Below are positions 1-12,798 of a DNA stretch of 64,000 nucleotides, one piece after another. Under the pieces are notes generated by a model, which was given only the letters and a program-made list of their open reading frames with translations, was not told the origin of the DNA and made no database searches. The translations under genes and the position numbers were made by a program. Position 1 is the first letter of the stretch. Each line of letters begins with the position of its first letter. Origin of the DNA: the human T2T-CHM13v2.0 reference genome, Homo sapiens; the NCBI RefSeq assembly GCF_009914755.1, contig NC_060927.1; one strand, given 5' to 3'.

Positions 1-799
1 TGAGGAGAAACTAACATGATAATCTATTCTGGTGCTGAATGTTCTGTCTCTACCTCAACAAAGCAGAGGGGCTTTGCTTTAAATTTTTTTTCTAATTTTA
101 AAACAAGACAGCAAATTAATTGTTAGTGTCCAGGCAAAGCAGATCTGCTGAGGTCAGTGAGGCAAAAAAAAAAAAAAAAAAAAAAGAGACCATGGTGAAA
201 TCACAAGGAGAATCATACAGAACTAGGTGGAGATACTGAGGGAACCAACACACTGTTCTGAACACTTTGGGGGCTTCAGAGCATGAAGATGACCAGGTTC
301 CAAGATATACACACAGCTTAAAAGTTTCAAGGAGACACAAATCAGAAAGGTGTATCACCACAGGAGGAGAAACAAATAAATTCAAGTATTCCCAAACTAG
401 ACTACACCACAGAAATATTCTAAGACTAAGATCTAGTCAAATACATTGAGAGAAGAGTGATCTATTGGCATGAGTGACACAGAGTAAGGAAATAATATGG
501 ATAGACCACATTTATTTTCAATGAAGAAAGTAACATAGCAAAGATAAAATTGAAACTAAGTTTCTAAATAATTCCTTATCTGGTCCCTTCCTTCTCATTC
601 TGACATCACCGCCTCCTTCCTTCAACTTCTATAGTAAGTTCTAACTGGTCTCCTTATCCACCTCCACTTTTAACCCATTCTTTTCACATCTTCCATTTTA
701 ACATTCTTCCCAGAAAACATAAATGGCCAATACATCGGAATAAAATTTCACATATGCCAATATAACAAGAGATGAAGGAAAGTTAATGGTAGAGGGAGG

Positions 800-2140
800 A
801 ATAGTGTGTTTTTTAGTTCTATCAGATTCTTTTTTATACTGGCATTTTCATCTGTCAACTCCTGTATCATTTTTTTGTGATTCTTAGTTTCCTTTGATTG
901 GATTTTGCTGTTCTCCCAAATCTTGATGATCTTCATTCCTATCTATATTCTCAATTCTATTTCTGTCATTTCAGACAACTCAGCTGGTTAAGAACCCTTG
1001 TTGGAGAACTGATGCAATCATTTAGAGGACATAGACACTTGGGTCATTTGGGTTGCCAGAGTTCTTATGTTGATTCTTTCTCATCTCTACATGTGTGTGT
1101 TCCTTTAACTGTGATATAGATTGAATATGGTCAGTAGACTTCTTTTCTGGATGTGTTCACAGGGCCAAGGCTTTGCGCAGGGTCTTTATTTGTAACTGAC
1201 ATCTTGCCTTTGGTTTCACAGTGGGCGGGTTATGTTATTGAGGTATTTTGGTATTGAAGCTTTGGAGTATGATCCAATAGGTGGCACTTAGATGTAGTGG
1301 TCAGTTAGCAGGTTCTTGCTCAGTTGCTGTGTTCTCGGTCAATGATCTGAAAGTGTGAGTTCCTCTCCCACTTAAGAGCTGGCTGTAGATCGTGGCTTGA
1401 CATTCCTGGGCTGCCCACCACCGCTGCAGGGTGATCTTCAGGTTTATATTTCCTCACCAACTTGGAGGCAGCAGAGGAAGAGGCCTTATCAATAGATGTG
1501 GCTGATGGTCTTTCACTTGTCTCCTGGGGGCTCCACCCCAGAGATATGCAGGTCAGCAATCGCTCACTGCAATCAGCCCAGGATAAGGGGTCTGTGCTGT
1601 GGGCCCAAGGCAGGGGTTCCCTGCTTGGTGATGGGTGATGGGGTGGAGTCTGTGGGAGAAGGACTGGCCTCCTCCCCATAGGTCGACTGCAGCTTGTTAG
1701 AGGTGTGAATAAGACACTTACGGTCTTTGCTCCTTCATTAGACTGAGGGTAGCAGGGATAGTACCACTACAGAGGCAGTAGCAGAGTGGCTTTCAGTTGC
1801 TCCCGGGGGATCCGCCTCTGATAAATGTGGACTCCCAGCTGTTGCCCAGAGTGTTCAGCCATTGGGGTGGGGCAGCTGCACTGTTGGTGTGAGCTTGGGG
1901 CTCCACTTGCTGGGGAGCAAAGGGCGAAGGGCTCACTGGGAAGAGAGACTAGTCTACTCTCCATATGGTGATAGTGGCATGCTGTAAGCTCAGGTGTAGC
2001 CCTCAGGCTCTTTGTTTCTTCCCCAGACTGAGGGCAGCAGGAATAGAACCACTGCTGTGGCAGTGGAAGAGAGGCAGTCAGATGGCTCTGGGAGTCTCTC
2101 CCCAGGGAAACTCCAGACCACTACCACTGGGTATGCTCAG
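800..2140 (-). mobile_element. L1 5' fragment (5'UTR plus start of ORF1), L1PB/L1MA-age
   Basis: ORF 748..936(-) reads KIQSKETKNHKKMIQELTDENASIKKNLIELKNTL, an old L1 ORF1 N-terminus. A GC-richer L1 5'UTR-like block follows to ~2140. No 3' end or poly(A). Confidence 0.75.
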
Positions 2141-2517
2141 GATAGCTAAGTTTTACCAGGAAAATGCAAATCAAAAGAGTTCAGGGGTTGCGATATTAGT
2201 ATCAGACAATGCTTAATTCAAGAAAAAAGCAATAAAGAGCATAAACAGATTAATTTACTAACTCACAATTAAGACAGCAACTTAACCATTTATAAACAAA
2301 ATAGCATATCATAATATTTACATTTTGTTTGAAAAGAGAACTACCTAAATGCAACAGCAATGGCAAACATTAAAGCACTCCCCCCTTAATTTTTTATAGT
2401 TCAAGTAGAAAAAAATTACAGAGAATTGAAATACAGAAAATACATTTAATATATATCATAATCCATATCCTAAAAATGGATCTATAACTTCCTTCAAGCA
2501 TGCCTGAAACATCTATG

Positions 2518-2520
<3 letters not shown>

Positions 2521-2552
<32 letters not shown>

Positions 2553-2979
2553 TATACTCTAAGTTTTAGGGTACATGTGCACATTGTGCAGGTTAGTTAC
2601 ATATGTATACATGTGCCATGCTGGTGCGCTGCACCCACTAATGTGTCATCTAGCATTAGGTATATCTCCCAATGCTATCCCTCCCCCCTCCCCCGACCCC
2701 ACCACAGTCCCCAGAGTGTGATATTCCCCTTCCTGGGTCCATGTGATCTCATTGTTCAATTCCCACCTATGAGTGAGAATATGCGGTGTTTGGTTTTTTG
2801 TTCTTGCGATAGTTTACTGAGAATGATGGTTTCCAATTTCATCCATGTCCCTACAAAGGATATGAACTCATCATTTTTTATGGCTGCATAGTATTCCATG
2901 GTGTATATGTGCCACATTTTCTTAATCCAGTCTATCATTGTTGGACATTTGGGTTGGTTCCAAGTCTTTGCTATTGTGA
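2521..2979 (-). mobile_element. L1HS (Ta subset), 5'-truncated, ~460 bp
   Basis: Pure 30-nt poly(T) at 2521-2550. Reverse complement carries the Ta diagnostics GATGACACATTAGTGG (ACA) and AAAACTTAGAGTATAAT (G). ORF2 C-terminus in ORF 2756..3001. Confidence 0.95.
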
Positions 2980-3021
2980 TTAAAAGGTGAAGAAAGCTCA
3001 ATATTCTAAAAACAATAGGTC

Positions 3022-3567
<546 letters not shown>

Positions 3568-3754
3568 CAACAGGTCAAATTATGTACCTCAGAATGGGGA
3601 AAAGTTCTTCCCTAGGCTCCTTATAACCTACTTTTCTAGGCCTATTGCTACTAACTCATTAATTTTACAACATACTATGGTCACTCTTCATAATTTATTC
3701 TTCCCCATGTCTCCCTACTATAGTGACCAGGAACCCAGCAGGCGTCTAATAACC

Positions 3755-4260
3755 CTTCCTCCAGCCCTGTTTAGCATTTTAATCAATGATTTAGATGAAG
3801 ATATAGGGGATATATTTATTGAACATGCAATTGAAACAATAGCAACTATATGAACAAAATCAACTTCCAAAATACTCGTAACAATCAAGCCAGTCTAAAT
3901 AGAAGGAAGTTTAACAGACATATAAATACAAGATTGGGTATAAAACCTAAAGAAGTGAAGAATGTCTGAGATTTGATTTAGCAGCAGTATGTCACGTAAA
4001 ACTAACAAATTGTAATCTGGTTTTAGTAGACAGTGAGCTTAATACAGTTCAACAGTGTGCAATGTTGATGCCGAAATGGGCTAATTGTGTATTACTAGAT
4101 GCAGAGTAACTAGAACCAGAGAGGCAATCCATTCCAATTTCAGTTTGGGGTGTGAAACATTTTTATTGAACTCTTTATGGACTGAGTGGGCTAACTCAGA
4201 GGGCACTGAGTTCCCCATAACCAAAAGTGTTCAAGCAAAGCCAGAACTATGTTAGTAGAC
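3755..4260 (+). mobile_element. L3/CR1 LINE remnant (RT region and 3' portion)
   Basis: ccagccctgtttagcattttaatcaatgatttagatgaag resembles the CR1 RT motif PVLFNIFINDLDE. CR1-like sequence continues downstream. Confidence 0.65.
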
Positions 4261-4380
4261 TCATTTATTCAGTTTTCAGGAGTAACCTCAGGTTGGGTGC
4301 CCTTGGGGTCTGAAGTTTATGGCAGTTCCCAAAGAGTGCCTTCCTCCTGGGATATTCAGATTCAATCAATGCAACCATTC

Positions 4381-4686
4381 TTTTTTGTTTTTGCTTTTGT
4401 TTTTTTGAGACAGAATCTCACTCTGTAGCCCAGGCTGGAATGCAGTGGTGCGATCTCAGCTCACCGCAACCTCCGCCTCCGGAGTTCAAGCAATTCTCCT
4501 GCCTCAGCCTCTGAGTAGCTGGGACTACAGGCACACACCACCATGCCCAGGTAATTTTTGGATTTTTACTAGAGATAGGCTTTCACCATGTTGGCCAGGC
4601 TGGTCTTGAACTCCTGACCTCAAGTGATCTGCCCTCCTCGGCCTCCCAAAGTGCTGAAATTACAGGCATGAGCCACAGCACCCAGT
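4381..4686 (-). mobile_element. AluS (Sx/Sz-like)
   Basis: Full antisense dimer. TSD caaccattc(ttt) at 4372 and 4687. Confidence 0.93.
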
Positions 4687-5344
4687 CAACCATTCTTTAT
4701 GATGATATATCAGGTGACTTACTTTTTATTTCCCTTTCGTGTTCACCTGACACAATAACTACTTTTGTAGACAATACCCTTCAGAGAGCTTCAGCACTGC
4801 AATCCTGCTCAGGTGGAAACTTAGTGAGTAAGAAGGAAGTGCCACATAAAAGCAGCAGATGGTAAAATTCCCCTAATACAGCAGGATCTGATTGTCCCAG
4901 ATAGTTGGCATATCTACAGACCAGACACAAGCTGGGGGGAAGAAAAGTTGCCCCCATTAGTAGCATTTTTATGCGTAGGTGACATTCTACAGGTAAGTTA
5001 CAAGAGGGCAAAAATAAAAAATAACACATCTTGTAAGGCACAGGCATACACATGAGGTAACTCCAATTTGTTGCTGTGTGCTACCTGCATGAGCTATACC
5101 TCTTTTTGCCTTTTTCACAGAGAGAAACAGAAGTGGCTGGTTATGAAAACCGGCAGCACAGCTTTTTCCCTCCCTGTGGTGTCTTCCCAGATAAGAAAGC
5201 AGGCCTGAATCCCGGGTGCTGTTCTTCCAGACCACATGAAAGGTACTGTCTCAGGCTCCTCATCTGGAACTTTTATGCTTTACAAAGATGATAATAGTCC
5301 CTCAAAATCACCTACAATGCTGAATTAAATAGCATTCAAAGTAT

Positions 5345-5570
5345 ACTAGGAGAAAATTACAGTCAAGTTTGAGTCAACAGATCTCTTAACCTGGTAACTT
5401 TTAGGAAACCACTTAATTTCTGCAACTCAGTCATCTTCCCTATAAAATGGGAATAATAAAACCTATCTTGACTACTCTAAAGACTAGTATTGAGAAGCAA
5501 ATGAGGTAAGAGACATGAGAAAGATTTAGAAATTATAAAATTCAACATAAATACAAATTAATGAGGTACA
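5345..5570 (+). mobile_element. MIR
   Basis: Core-like ccacttaatttctgcaactcagtcatcttccctataaaatgggaataataa. Confidence 0.7.
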
Positions 5571-5597
5571 TCTATTATGTCACGTGATCTTTATAAC

Positions 5598-6078
5598 GTG
5601 ACAATTGTCCAAATCAAAATGGAGTCACTAAAGTTTTTTTTTGTTTGCTTGTTTGCTTGTTTGTTTTTAAAAAAACCCTGATAAATAGAGCCACAGAAGT
5701 CCATGAAGAGAGGATTCTCATATTCGTATACCTGACAAGAAACACTATCACAATGACTGCAAAAAACACAACCTTGTACAAAGACCATTACAAACTTACA
5801 CAAAAGAATACCTTTGCAAGGACATCTGCCCAGCAATTGCCTGTCCAATCTCAGACTGGTGTCACTCTTGTTATTTATCTTTGTAACCAAGGATAATTAT
5901 TTCAAAACAATTATGTAATTCTCCTCATTTTTTCCTTTAAAAACCATTTCTTTCTTTTACCTCCCTGAGTACTCATATGGGCACAGCAGTCTCATTGCAG
6001 TGTATTCTCATGCACTATTCCCAAATAAATATTTTTTTCTTTTAGAAAGCCTCTCTCTGTTTGTTATTTAGGCTGACA
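5598..6078 (+). mobile_element. Solo ERV1 LTR, MER67-like
   Basis: aaatcaaaatggagtcacta...aaaccctgataaatagagcc, AATAAA near 6024, ends in ...ttatttaggctgaca. Confidence 0.7.
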
Positions 6079-6249
6079 ATAACAACCCCAGGAAATGGGT
6101 AAGTTATTATCCCTATTTATTGATGGGTTGCGGGGGAGAAACAGAAAAGGATCAGGCTATTTGCTTAAAGTCCCTCAGCAAGTTGGCTCCCAAGGCAAGT
6201 CCAGTGCCCTTGCGTCCCATCACCTCCTAGACCCTCCACCAGTGCTGCT

Positions 6250-6725
6250 TATTCTCTCTGCTGTTTTCCCAGAATCATTCACTGCCCTTCTCCACATCAC
6301 AGGAGCTCCTGTCTCCTCTGACTTCAGGTTGGACTGGCTAATAGAAAGACCAAAAGGTGGCAGGAGAGCAGAGTTGAGCATTCGTTCCCTGGCTCTCCCC
6401 CTGCCTCAGCACTGTGGCTCTGACAATGACTGGATCCCTCTACAACTTCGACTCTTATCTAGAGCCTCCTTCCACAGTGGTAGGTCATGGCACCCCATGA
6501 ACACTGGATCCCCATGCTCACCCCATGCTCTTCAGGCCTGGGCAGTACAACAGCTTCCTGCTATTGCTAAAACCTGGCACCTCGTCCTCTCTTCCTAGGT
6601 GCCTCAGCCCTGCCCACACATCTCTAAATTGTACCTTTAAATTGTATATCTTTAAATTGTACCTTTATTCAATTATCTGTAAAATTCCAGTTGAGCATGT
6701 CTTCTATTTCTGCTGAGAAAACTAA
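6250..6725 (+). mobile_element. ERVL LTR, LTR33-like
   Basis: cttcaggcctgggcagtacaacagcttcctgctattgct...ccctgcccacac matches LTR33. Local triplication of taaattgtacctt at ~6625-6666. Confidence 0.65.
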
Positions 6726-8349
6726 GAAACTCCTCCTTTTCAAACTATTTGTTCACAGGCTGCCAAAAACTTTTACCACCTGTCCCCAATTCCTCTCTCA
6801 GCCCTCTCCTCACTTTACCCAGACTCCTTTCACAGGAAGTCATAAGCCACCCCCCATTCCTCTCCAGGCGCGAATTTACCATGGCTCTGGACTTGCCCTT
6901 TACCAGTTCTCTATTAATTTAAAAGCTGATAAGTCCTCTCCCTAGCTCCTATTTCCCCATCCTCTCTTCTTCGTCTATCTCACACTTTATTTCTCCATAG
7001 GAAAGAATTTGAACTATCGATCTGTCTGCTGTATAATTTGGATTGAGAAACAGAGCATGAAAACACTCTTTGAATACCTTCAGGGAAACATACTCTATTC
7101 AAACTATGTTTCTTTCAACTCTAAATTTGTAAACTATTCTTTTTTTTAAGGTAGTTCTGCCTAAAAGAGTTAAAAAATTGACTACCCTATCAATTTTGCC
7201 CTCGAGGTTATACCAACTATTTCTATACTGGCAATAAAATCAACTCCATTTCTTCCAGGCTAGATCACAATTATTACTAGGCACATAGGCTGCTAACTGT
7301 CTCCAAGGCTGCAATAATTCAGTGGCCCAATACTATTTCAAATTTATAGCAGAAAGAGGCACAATAGTCATTTTGGCCTCTAGGGTGCCTTCTCACTAAA
7401 GACCATGAGCTCAGAGGTTACACATAACCTATAATAATAGTTGTGTCTTCCTAGGGTGTGATTGAAGAAAAGAAAATAAATAAAAATGCCCTTGCCTTCT
7501 TATGTTAGAATGCGTAACCAAAAGCACCCAAGAGCTGACATTCAGTTCAGGATTTCTGAGACCCTTCCTCCTTTCCTTGCTGTGAAAAATAATGATCTGC
7601 TGTTCTCTGACTGTCATTCAAACAATGGGCCCAAGAAGCCAGCATCTCTCTCCTCACTGGCCTCTTGTTCTCTAAATGTACTGCCCATCACCACTTTCCA
7701 AACCACATTAGTCATGAAGTGCTGACAATAATTACTAACACATTGAAATGGTTGCCCAAAATGATGACTGTACAGGCCTACAGAATTGGTATTTTTACTG
7801 CAGTAAAAGGGTATGAGTATGAGGCTTCATAAGAAATTTTATGGCATTTTGGCTACTGATCACAGGTACAAATTATCCATGCTCAATTAAAGAAAGATGA
7901 AAGTTCAGCTTTCTATAATTAAACCAATAACTTGTTCAGCCTCAGGCTGGAAGTAAATGTTAAGGATTCGTGTCTTGCAATCCTGCATGAAGAATTAAAG
8001 AAGCAAACTCTATTATCACCGACTTACTTAAAATCAAGGCCTTATGCATATTGGAAATTATTCATGATGAGACTTTTAGATCAGGAAAAAATAAGTCATT
8101 CTCACACTCTTTTGGCTGCCTTGCAGGCAATAACTTTCTTCACTATTCTGTTTGGAATATTGCATCATTTAGATCATTCTTCTTAAGTCAATCCAGACAT
8201 TTTCTTTAGATTCTGCTAAGAATATTATATGAAATTTAAGGACTGGAAAAAATACTTAAAGAGATATTTTAACATGATAAAAAAAAGTCCAACAACCAGC
8301 TCTGCAACTTCCTACCCTCTGCTTCTATTTCCTTACCTATAAAATGGGC

Positions 8350-8791
8350 TGTGATGATTAGTTTTATTTGTTCAGTTTAGCTAGGCTGCAATCCTTATTT
8401 ATTCAACCAAACACTAATCTAGGTGTTTCTGCAAAGGTGTTTTGTAGATGTGATTACAGTCCACAGTCAGTTAATTATAAGTACAGGAGATTATCCTAGG
8501 TAATCTGGGTGGGTCTAGTTCAATCCATTGAAAGTCCTTAAGAGCAGAACTGAGGCTTCCCTGAGGAAGAAGTTCTGCCTGTGTCTTCAGATCATGCCAA
8601 GGAGTTCTAGCCTCCCCCTCCTAACAGCATGCCTTACAGATTTTGAAATTACCTAGCGGCCCCCAGTTGTGTAAACCAATTCCTTCCAATAATTCTATGT
8701 CCAACCATCCACCCATCCATCCATCCATCCATCCATCCATTCATCCATCCATCTTTCTGCTTGTTTCTCTTGTTATACCTTGACTGATACA
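8350..8791 (+). mobile_element. MLT2D-like ERVL LTR inserted in a MIR
   Basis: TG...CA ends (tgtgatgattagtttt ... tgactgataca). The MIR core ...ctataaaatggg resumes as gataataatgcct after it. Confidence 0.8.
8705..8752 (+). repeat. (CCAT)n tetranucleotide microsatellite
   Basis: Directly visible ccatccacccatccatccatcc... tract inside the MLT2 LTR. Confidence 0.9.
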
Positions 8792-9232
8792 TGAGGATAA
8801 TAATGCCTATTCTGCAGCAGTGCTATAAGAATAAAATGAGATTGTATATATAAAAATTATTTTAACACAAAATAAATGTAAGGATGTGTATGTAGAATTA
8901 CTATTTGATTTGACTAACTCAAATCGAGCTAACAACTCCATATAATCACTGCTCTTTCCTAACAGGCCTTGTGATTTTGTTTTCCAGATTCTGCATATCT
9001 GTTACATTCTAAGGCCACTTCACAACACTACCAAACCCAGCTTTACAGTTTGGAAGACTGAGAGAATCATACCCAAAGCCACAAACATCCAAATATGGTG
9101 TTCTTCACAAGAAACTAATAATGAACTTGAGACAGAGTCTGCAGGGATAGGTATCAGAAGTCAAGTCTAAAGTATATGAGGTCTATGTTCAAACAGGAGC
9201 CTGGACATGACTGAGATAAAGAATGATTCCCG

Positions 9233-9398
9233 AGCTGGGCACACTGGCTTATGCCTATAATTCCAGTGACTCAGAAGGCTGAGGCAAGAGGATTGCTTGA
9301 GGCCAAGAGTCTGAGGCTCTATTGAGCTATGATTGCACCACTACTGTCCAACCTGGGGGACACAGCAAGAGCTTGTCTCTTAAAAAAGAAAAAAAAAG
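9233..9398 (+). mobile_element. Free Alu monomer (FRAM/FAM-like)
   Basis: Single ~150-nt right-arm-type monomer with A tail. Degenerate TSD aagaatgattcccgag / aagattgagtccagag. Confidence 0.75.
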
Positions 9399-9679
9399 AT
9401 TGAGTCCAGAGTTAGAGCTACAGGATAAAAATAAGTTAACTGAACTCAGGGGGAGAAAGGAGGGGAACCTACTCCAAATTCTAGCTCAGGTCTTACCTAA
9501 ATGTGGGCTGGCTCAGCTCCCAAGTGGCTGAGTGAGGTCATGACTGAGAAGAAAGGACCCCTGGCCCAAGTCGTGAGTTGAATGACTCTTAGGTTGAGAA
9601 GCTTTCGTACCTAAGAATCAAGTGGCCAGTGGTGCACCATGGGAGAGATGATCACCAAACTTTTCTTCTCTTTGAGGTC

Positions 9680-9800
9680 ACACACCTAGATTACCTGCCC
9701 CAGTCTCCCTTGCAGTTAGATCTGGCTGTGAGGTTGAGTTTTAGCCAGTGGGATAAAGATGGAAGTTTCCACTGGCCTAACCCATAAATTCCTCCACAAC
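9680..9800 (+). mobile_element. MLT1 (MaLR LTR) fragment
   Basis: ctagattacctgccccagtctcccttgcagttagatctggctgtgaggttgagttttagcc resembles the MLT1H-J consensus. Confidence 0.6.
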
Positions 9801-9849
9801 TCTTCCCACTTTTAATCTTATGCCCCCATGTCGTCTCTTCTCCCAGCCT

Positions 9850-10675
9850 TCTTCGTCTCAATAAATGTCACTAGCACATATCCAGTCATTCAAGGAAAAA
9901 CACAATGGAGAAAACCATCCTCAACTACCCATTCCCTTTACCTCACTCTTTCCCAGCATCCTGCAAAATCTCGCTCCAAATATAGCTCCAGTTTGTCCAC
10001 TTCCCTCCCTTTTCTCCAGTCTATAACCTTGGTTTACTCCATCACTATCTCTCAATTAGACTATTGAAATAAAATCCTACCTGGAATTTAAACTCTTAAC
10101 TGTCTCTCTGTTTCTATTCTCATCCTCCAATAGCCTATTCTATATACCATGGCAGAATGATCTTTCAAATCACTAATCCAGTTTTGTCACTTCACTGCTT
10201 GAAACTTTCCAGGAGGCTTCCCTTCCTTCGTAATTAAATAAAATTTGAACCCTGAATGTGGCCTAAACCCTACACATTTTGCCTCACCAACCTCTGTCAC
10301 CGCATCGCTTACCACTAACACCCTAGCTCACTGGGATTTGTGCCACACCAAACTTCAAACACACCAAACGTATTTCTGCCTTATGAACTTTGAACTTGCT
10401 ACTCCTTTTCACTCCCGGAACACTCCTGCCCCAGATCTTTGCTGGTGCCTTTACATCTTTCAAGTCTCAGTTTAAATATCACCTCTTCCAAGAGACATCC
10501 TTTGACTACCATATATCAAATATCCCCTAAGCTCATTATTCTTTGCCATTGTACTCTGTTTTACTTTTGGAATTATTTGTTTTCTTGCATGTTGTCAATC
10601 TCCCTCACTGAATCTTTAGCTTCATAAGAGCAGGGACCTTACCTAACTTCTTTATTTCACTGCTATATCCCCAAC
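9850..10675 (+). mobile_element. L2 LINE 3' region
   Basis: L2 motifs, e.g. tttcaagtctcagtttaaatatcacctcttcc and gagcagggacctt...ttcactgctatatcccca. Confidence 0.75.
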
Positions 10676-11189
10676 AGTATAATCTTGGTCATCTCATTCC
10701 CCTTTCTAACCCTTATTTTCTCCATTTTCAAGATGATGACTTGGGATTCGGTGCTTACAGGAGACTGGCTCTTCACATTCTTTGCATCCACAGTTCCAAG
10801 GAGGCTTTAGAGCTCAATACTTTCCAGCCAGTGACATTTCTAAATGCATTTTCCAAATGAAGTCAATGCCCTCAGGCAGCCCAGTGGGGAGGTCATGGAG
10901 AGCCAGTGAGAAGGAAGTCTGGTGAGTTGGATTACATAGTTCCTTTGCTACACCATTCCAGCCATACTAAGGAGATGCACCTCATTAGGTACTAAATGTT
11001 TAGTGACTGTCACTATTAATTGGTGGGGATTAATACTCAAAGGAGACAGTAAATCTCATGCTGTACTCAATGACATCACCCCCTTGCAGTCAGACAATGC
11101 ACTGGGAGTTTGAATCTAAAGCACTACAAAAAAAGAACCCAGAGACTATCCCTTCTCTGCTTATAAGAGTAAATATTGGTTGCCAATTA

Positions 11190-12240
11190 TATGGAGCATC
11201 TCCTCAGTTACCAGGATCTGTATTAAATATCTTACATGCTTTTATCATTTCATCTTTACCTCGATCCTATGGCATAGTTCCAATATTATCCTCATTTTAT
11301 GGATGGGGAAACTTCCAAATAGAGAGAAGAGGCACCTTCCCCAAGGTCACAGAGCTAATAATGATGGATCCTTTGATTAGGGTCTGTTTCATTCAGAAGC
11401 CTATGATCTTAGCTACTAAGTAATATTCCATTTCCTATAATTATCATCTCACCATATGATTACAATTATTTTTATTCAAACCTTTTCCATTCTTCAAGTC
11501 TGGGCTCAAATGCTACTTTTTTTCACAAAACTTTCTCTAACCCCCAGAAAGACCCATACTCGCCATCAGCATTCTCTGCATTGGTCATATAGAATCAATC
11601 ACATAGGGGAAGGAGACTCAGTAACAAACATTTAATAGCATATACGGTATGCAGGCACTGCCACAGTCAAAAGCTTATGTTAGTCTTACAACTACCCTGA
11701 GAAAAATACATTCATATCTGTTTTGAAAAGTAAAATGCCTTGAGCAGAGTCTTATGGCTCAAAGTGGCAGAACCAGAATTTAAACCCAGGTCTGCTTGAT
11801 TGCAGAGCCCAAGGCATTTCCACAAACTAACTATGAGCTCTTCATTATGCCCTTGGACTAAATAATTCCCCCTGTTATAAGTCCTCATAGCACCATGTGC
11901 TTCTTTATAGCCCCCACCCCAGTTATAATTTCATCTATGTTTGTGTGATTAATTTTAATTTCCTTTTTTAGGCCCTAACTCCATGTACAAATGACCATAT
12001 CTCTTTTTGCTCTACAAAATCCCCAACACTTGACAAATACAGTAGTCATGGACCTTATACAAGTATATTTGAATAAATGCACAAACCATGTACATTTCAT
12101 TGCATACATTTAATACATAAATAGAGCCCTTCCCTGCTAGATTCTAATTTCTCTGAGGCAGGTTACCAACCTAATTTATTTCTGGATCCCTCATGATGTT
12201 CTGCACTTCATAGGAACTCAATAAACATTTACTGGATAAA
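11190..12240. mobile_element. Cluster of MIR (minus) and L2 (plus) fragments
   Basis: MIR cores at ~11290-11360 and ~11700-11810. L2 tails near 12060 and 12220 (ggaactcaataaaca). Confidence 0.6.
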
Positions 12241-12404
12241 TTTTGCTTATCAGTCTGTCTGTACCATTTGAAACTCTGTAACATCCAAGGCTTCTAAGTA
12301 GGCCTTGGATTTAATTATAGAATAAGATGACCACAGAAGAGTTTTCTAACCTAACAGATATAGATTTGAAAGCCATGGGGAGCATGAAACCCATGTCACA
12401 AAAG

Positions 12405-12767
12405 TGTATCAGTCAAAATAAGTTAAGCTATGCTGCTATGATAAACACAGCAGCTTAAAGAAAAGGTTTGTTTCTCACTTGCACTACACAGACATTGCAG
12501 GCTGTCTGAGGTCATTGTTCTACATCATCCTAACTCCAGGACCTAAGCTAACAGAGCATTTCCAGTTGCCATGGCAGAAGGAAAATGGGGCAAAGGCAAA
12601 TAATTCAATAGCTCTCACAGCTTTTACTGGAGGTAATGCTGTATCACTTCTTCTCGTATTTCACTGTCTATGTCTACCTTCAAGAAAGTGATGAAATGCC
12701 CTCTTACTCCACAGCAGGGAGCTCATGCCAAAATATTTGCTGGATGGCACTAATGACCACCACCACA
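12405..12767 (-). mobile_element. MLT1J/K-like MaLR LTR
   Basis: Starts tgtatcagtcaaaataagttaagctatgctgct and ends actaatgaccaccaccaca. Confidence 0.65.
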
Positions 12768-12798
12768 ACAGACTGCGTAGGAGAAAACACTGAGAAAT

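Larger units (their letters stand above)
750..3021 (+). mobile_element. Very old L1M ORF2 endonuclease-domain remnant in three pieces (~750-799, 2141-2520, 2980-3021), split by younger insertions
   Basis: ORF 1965..2216 ends in KFYQENANQKSSGVAILVSD, matching the L1 EN motif KIYQANxxQKKAGVAILISD. A-rich L1-like sequence continues across the insertions. Confidence 0.65.

Noticed and set aside
164-185. Orphan poly(A) tract as a retrocopy tail
   Set aside because: No upstream element, poly(A) signal or TSD is visible, so I treat it as a simple mononucleotide run.
6095-6598. 167-aa ORF
   Set aside because: It runs through MIR and LTR33 sequence and has no recognisable protein features.
7761-7859. 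C/D-box snoRNA-like pair (ATGATGA ... CTGA)
   Set aside because: There is no terminal stem, no clear C'/D' boxes and no recognisable rRNA or snRNA guide.
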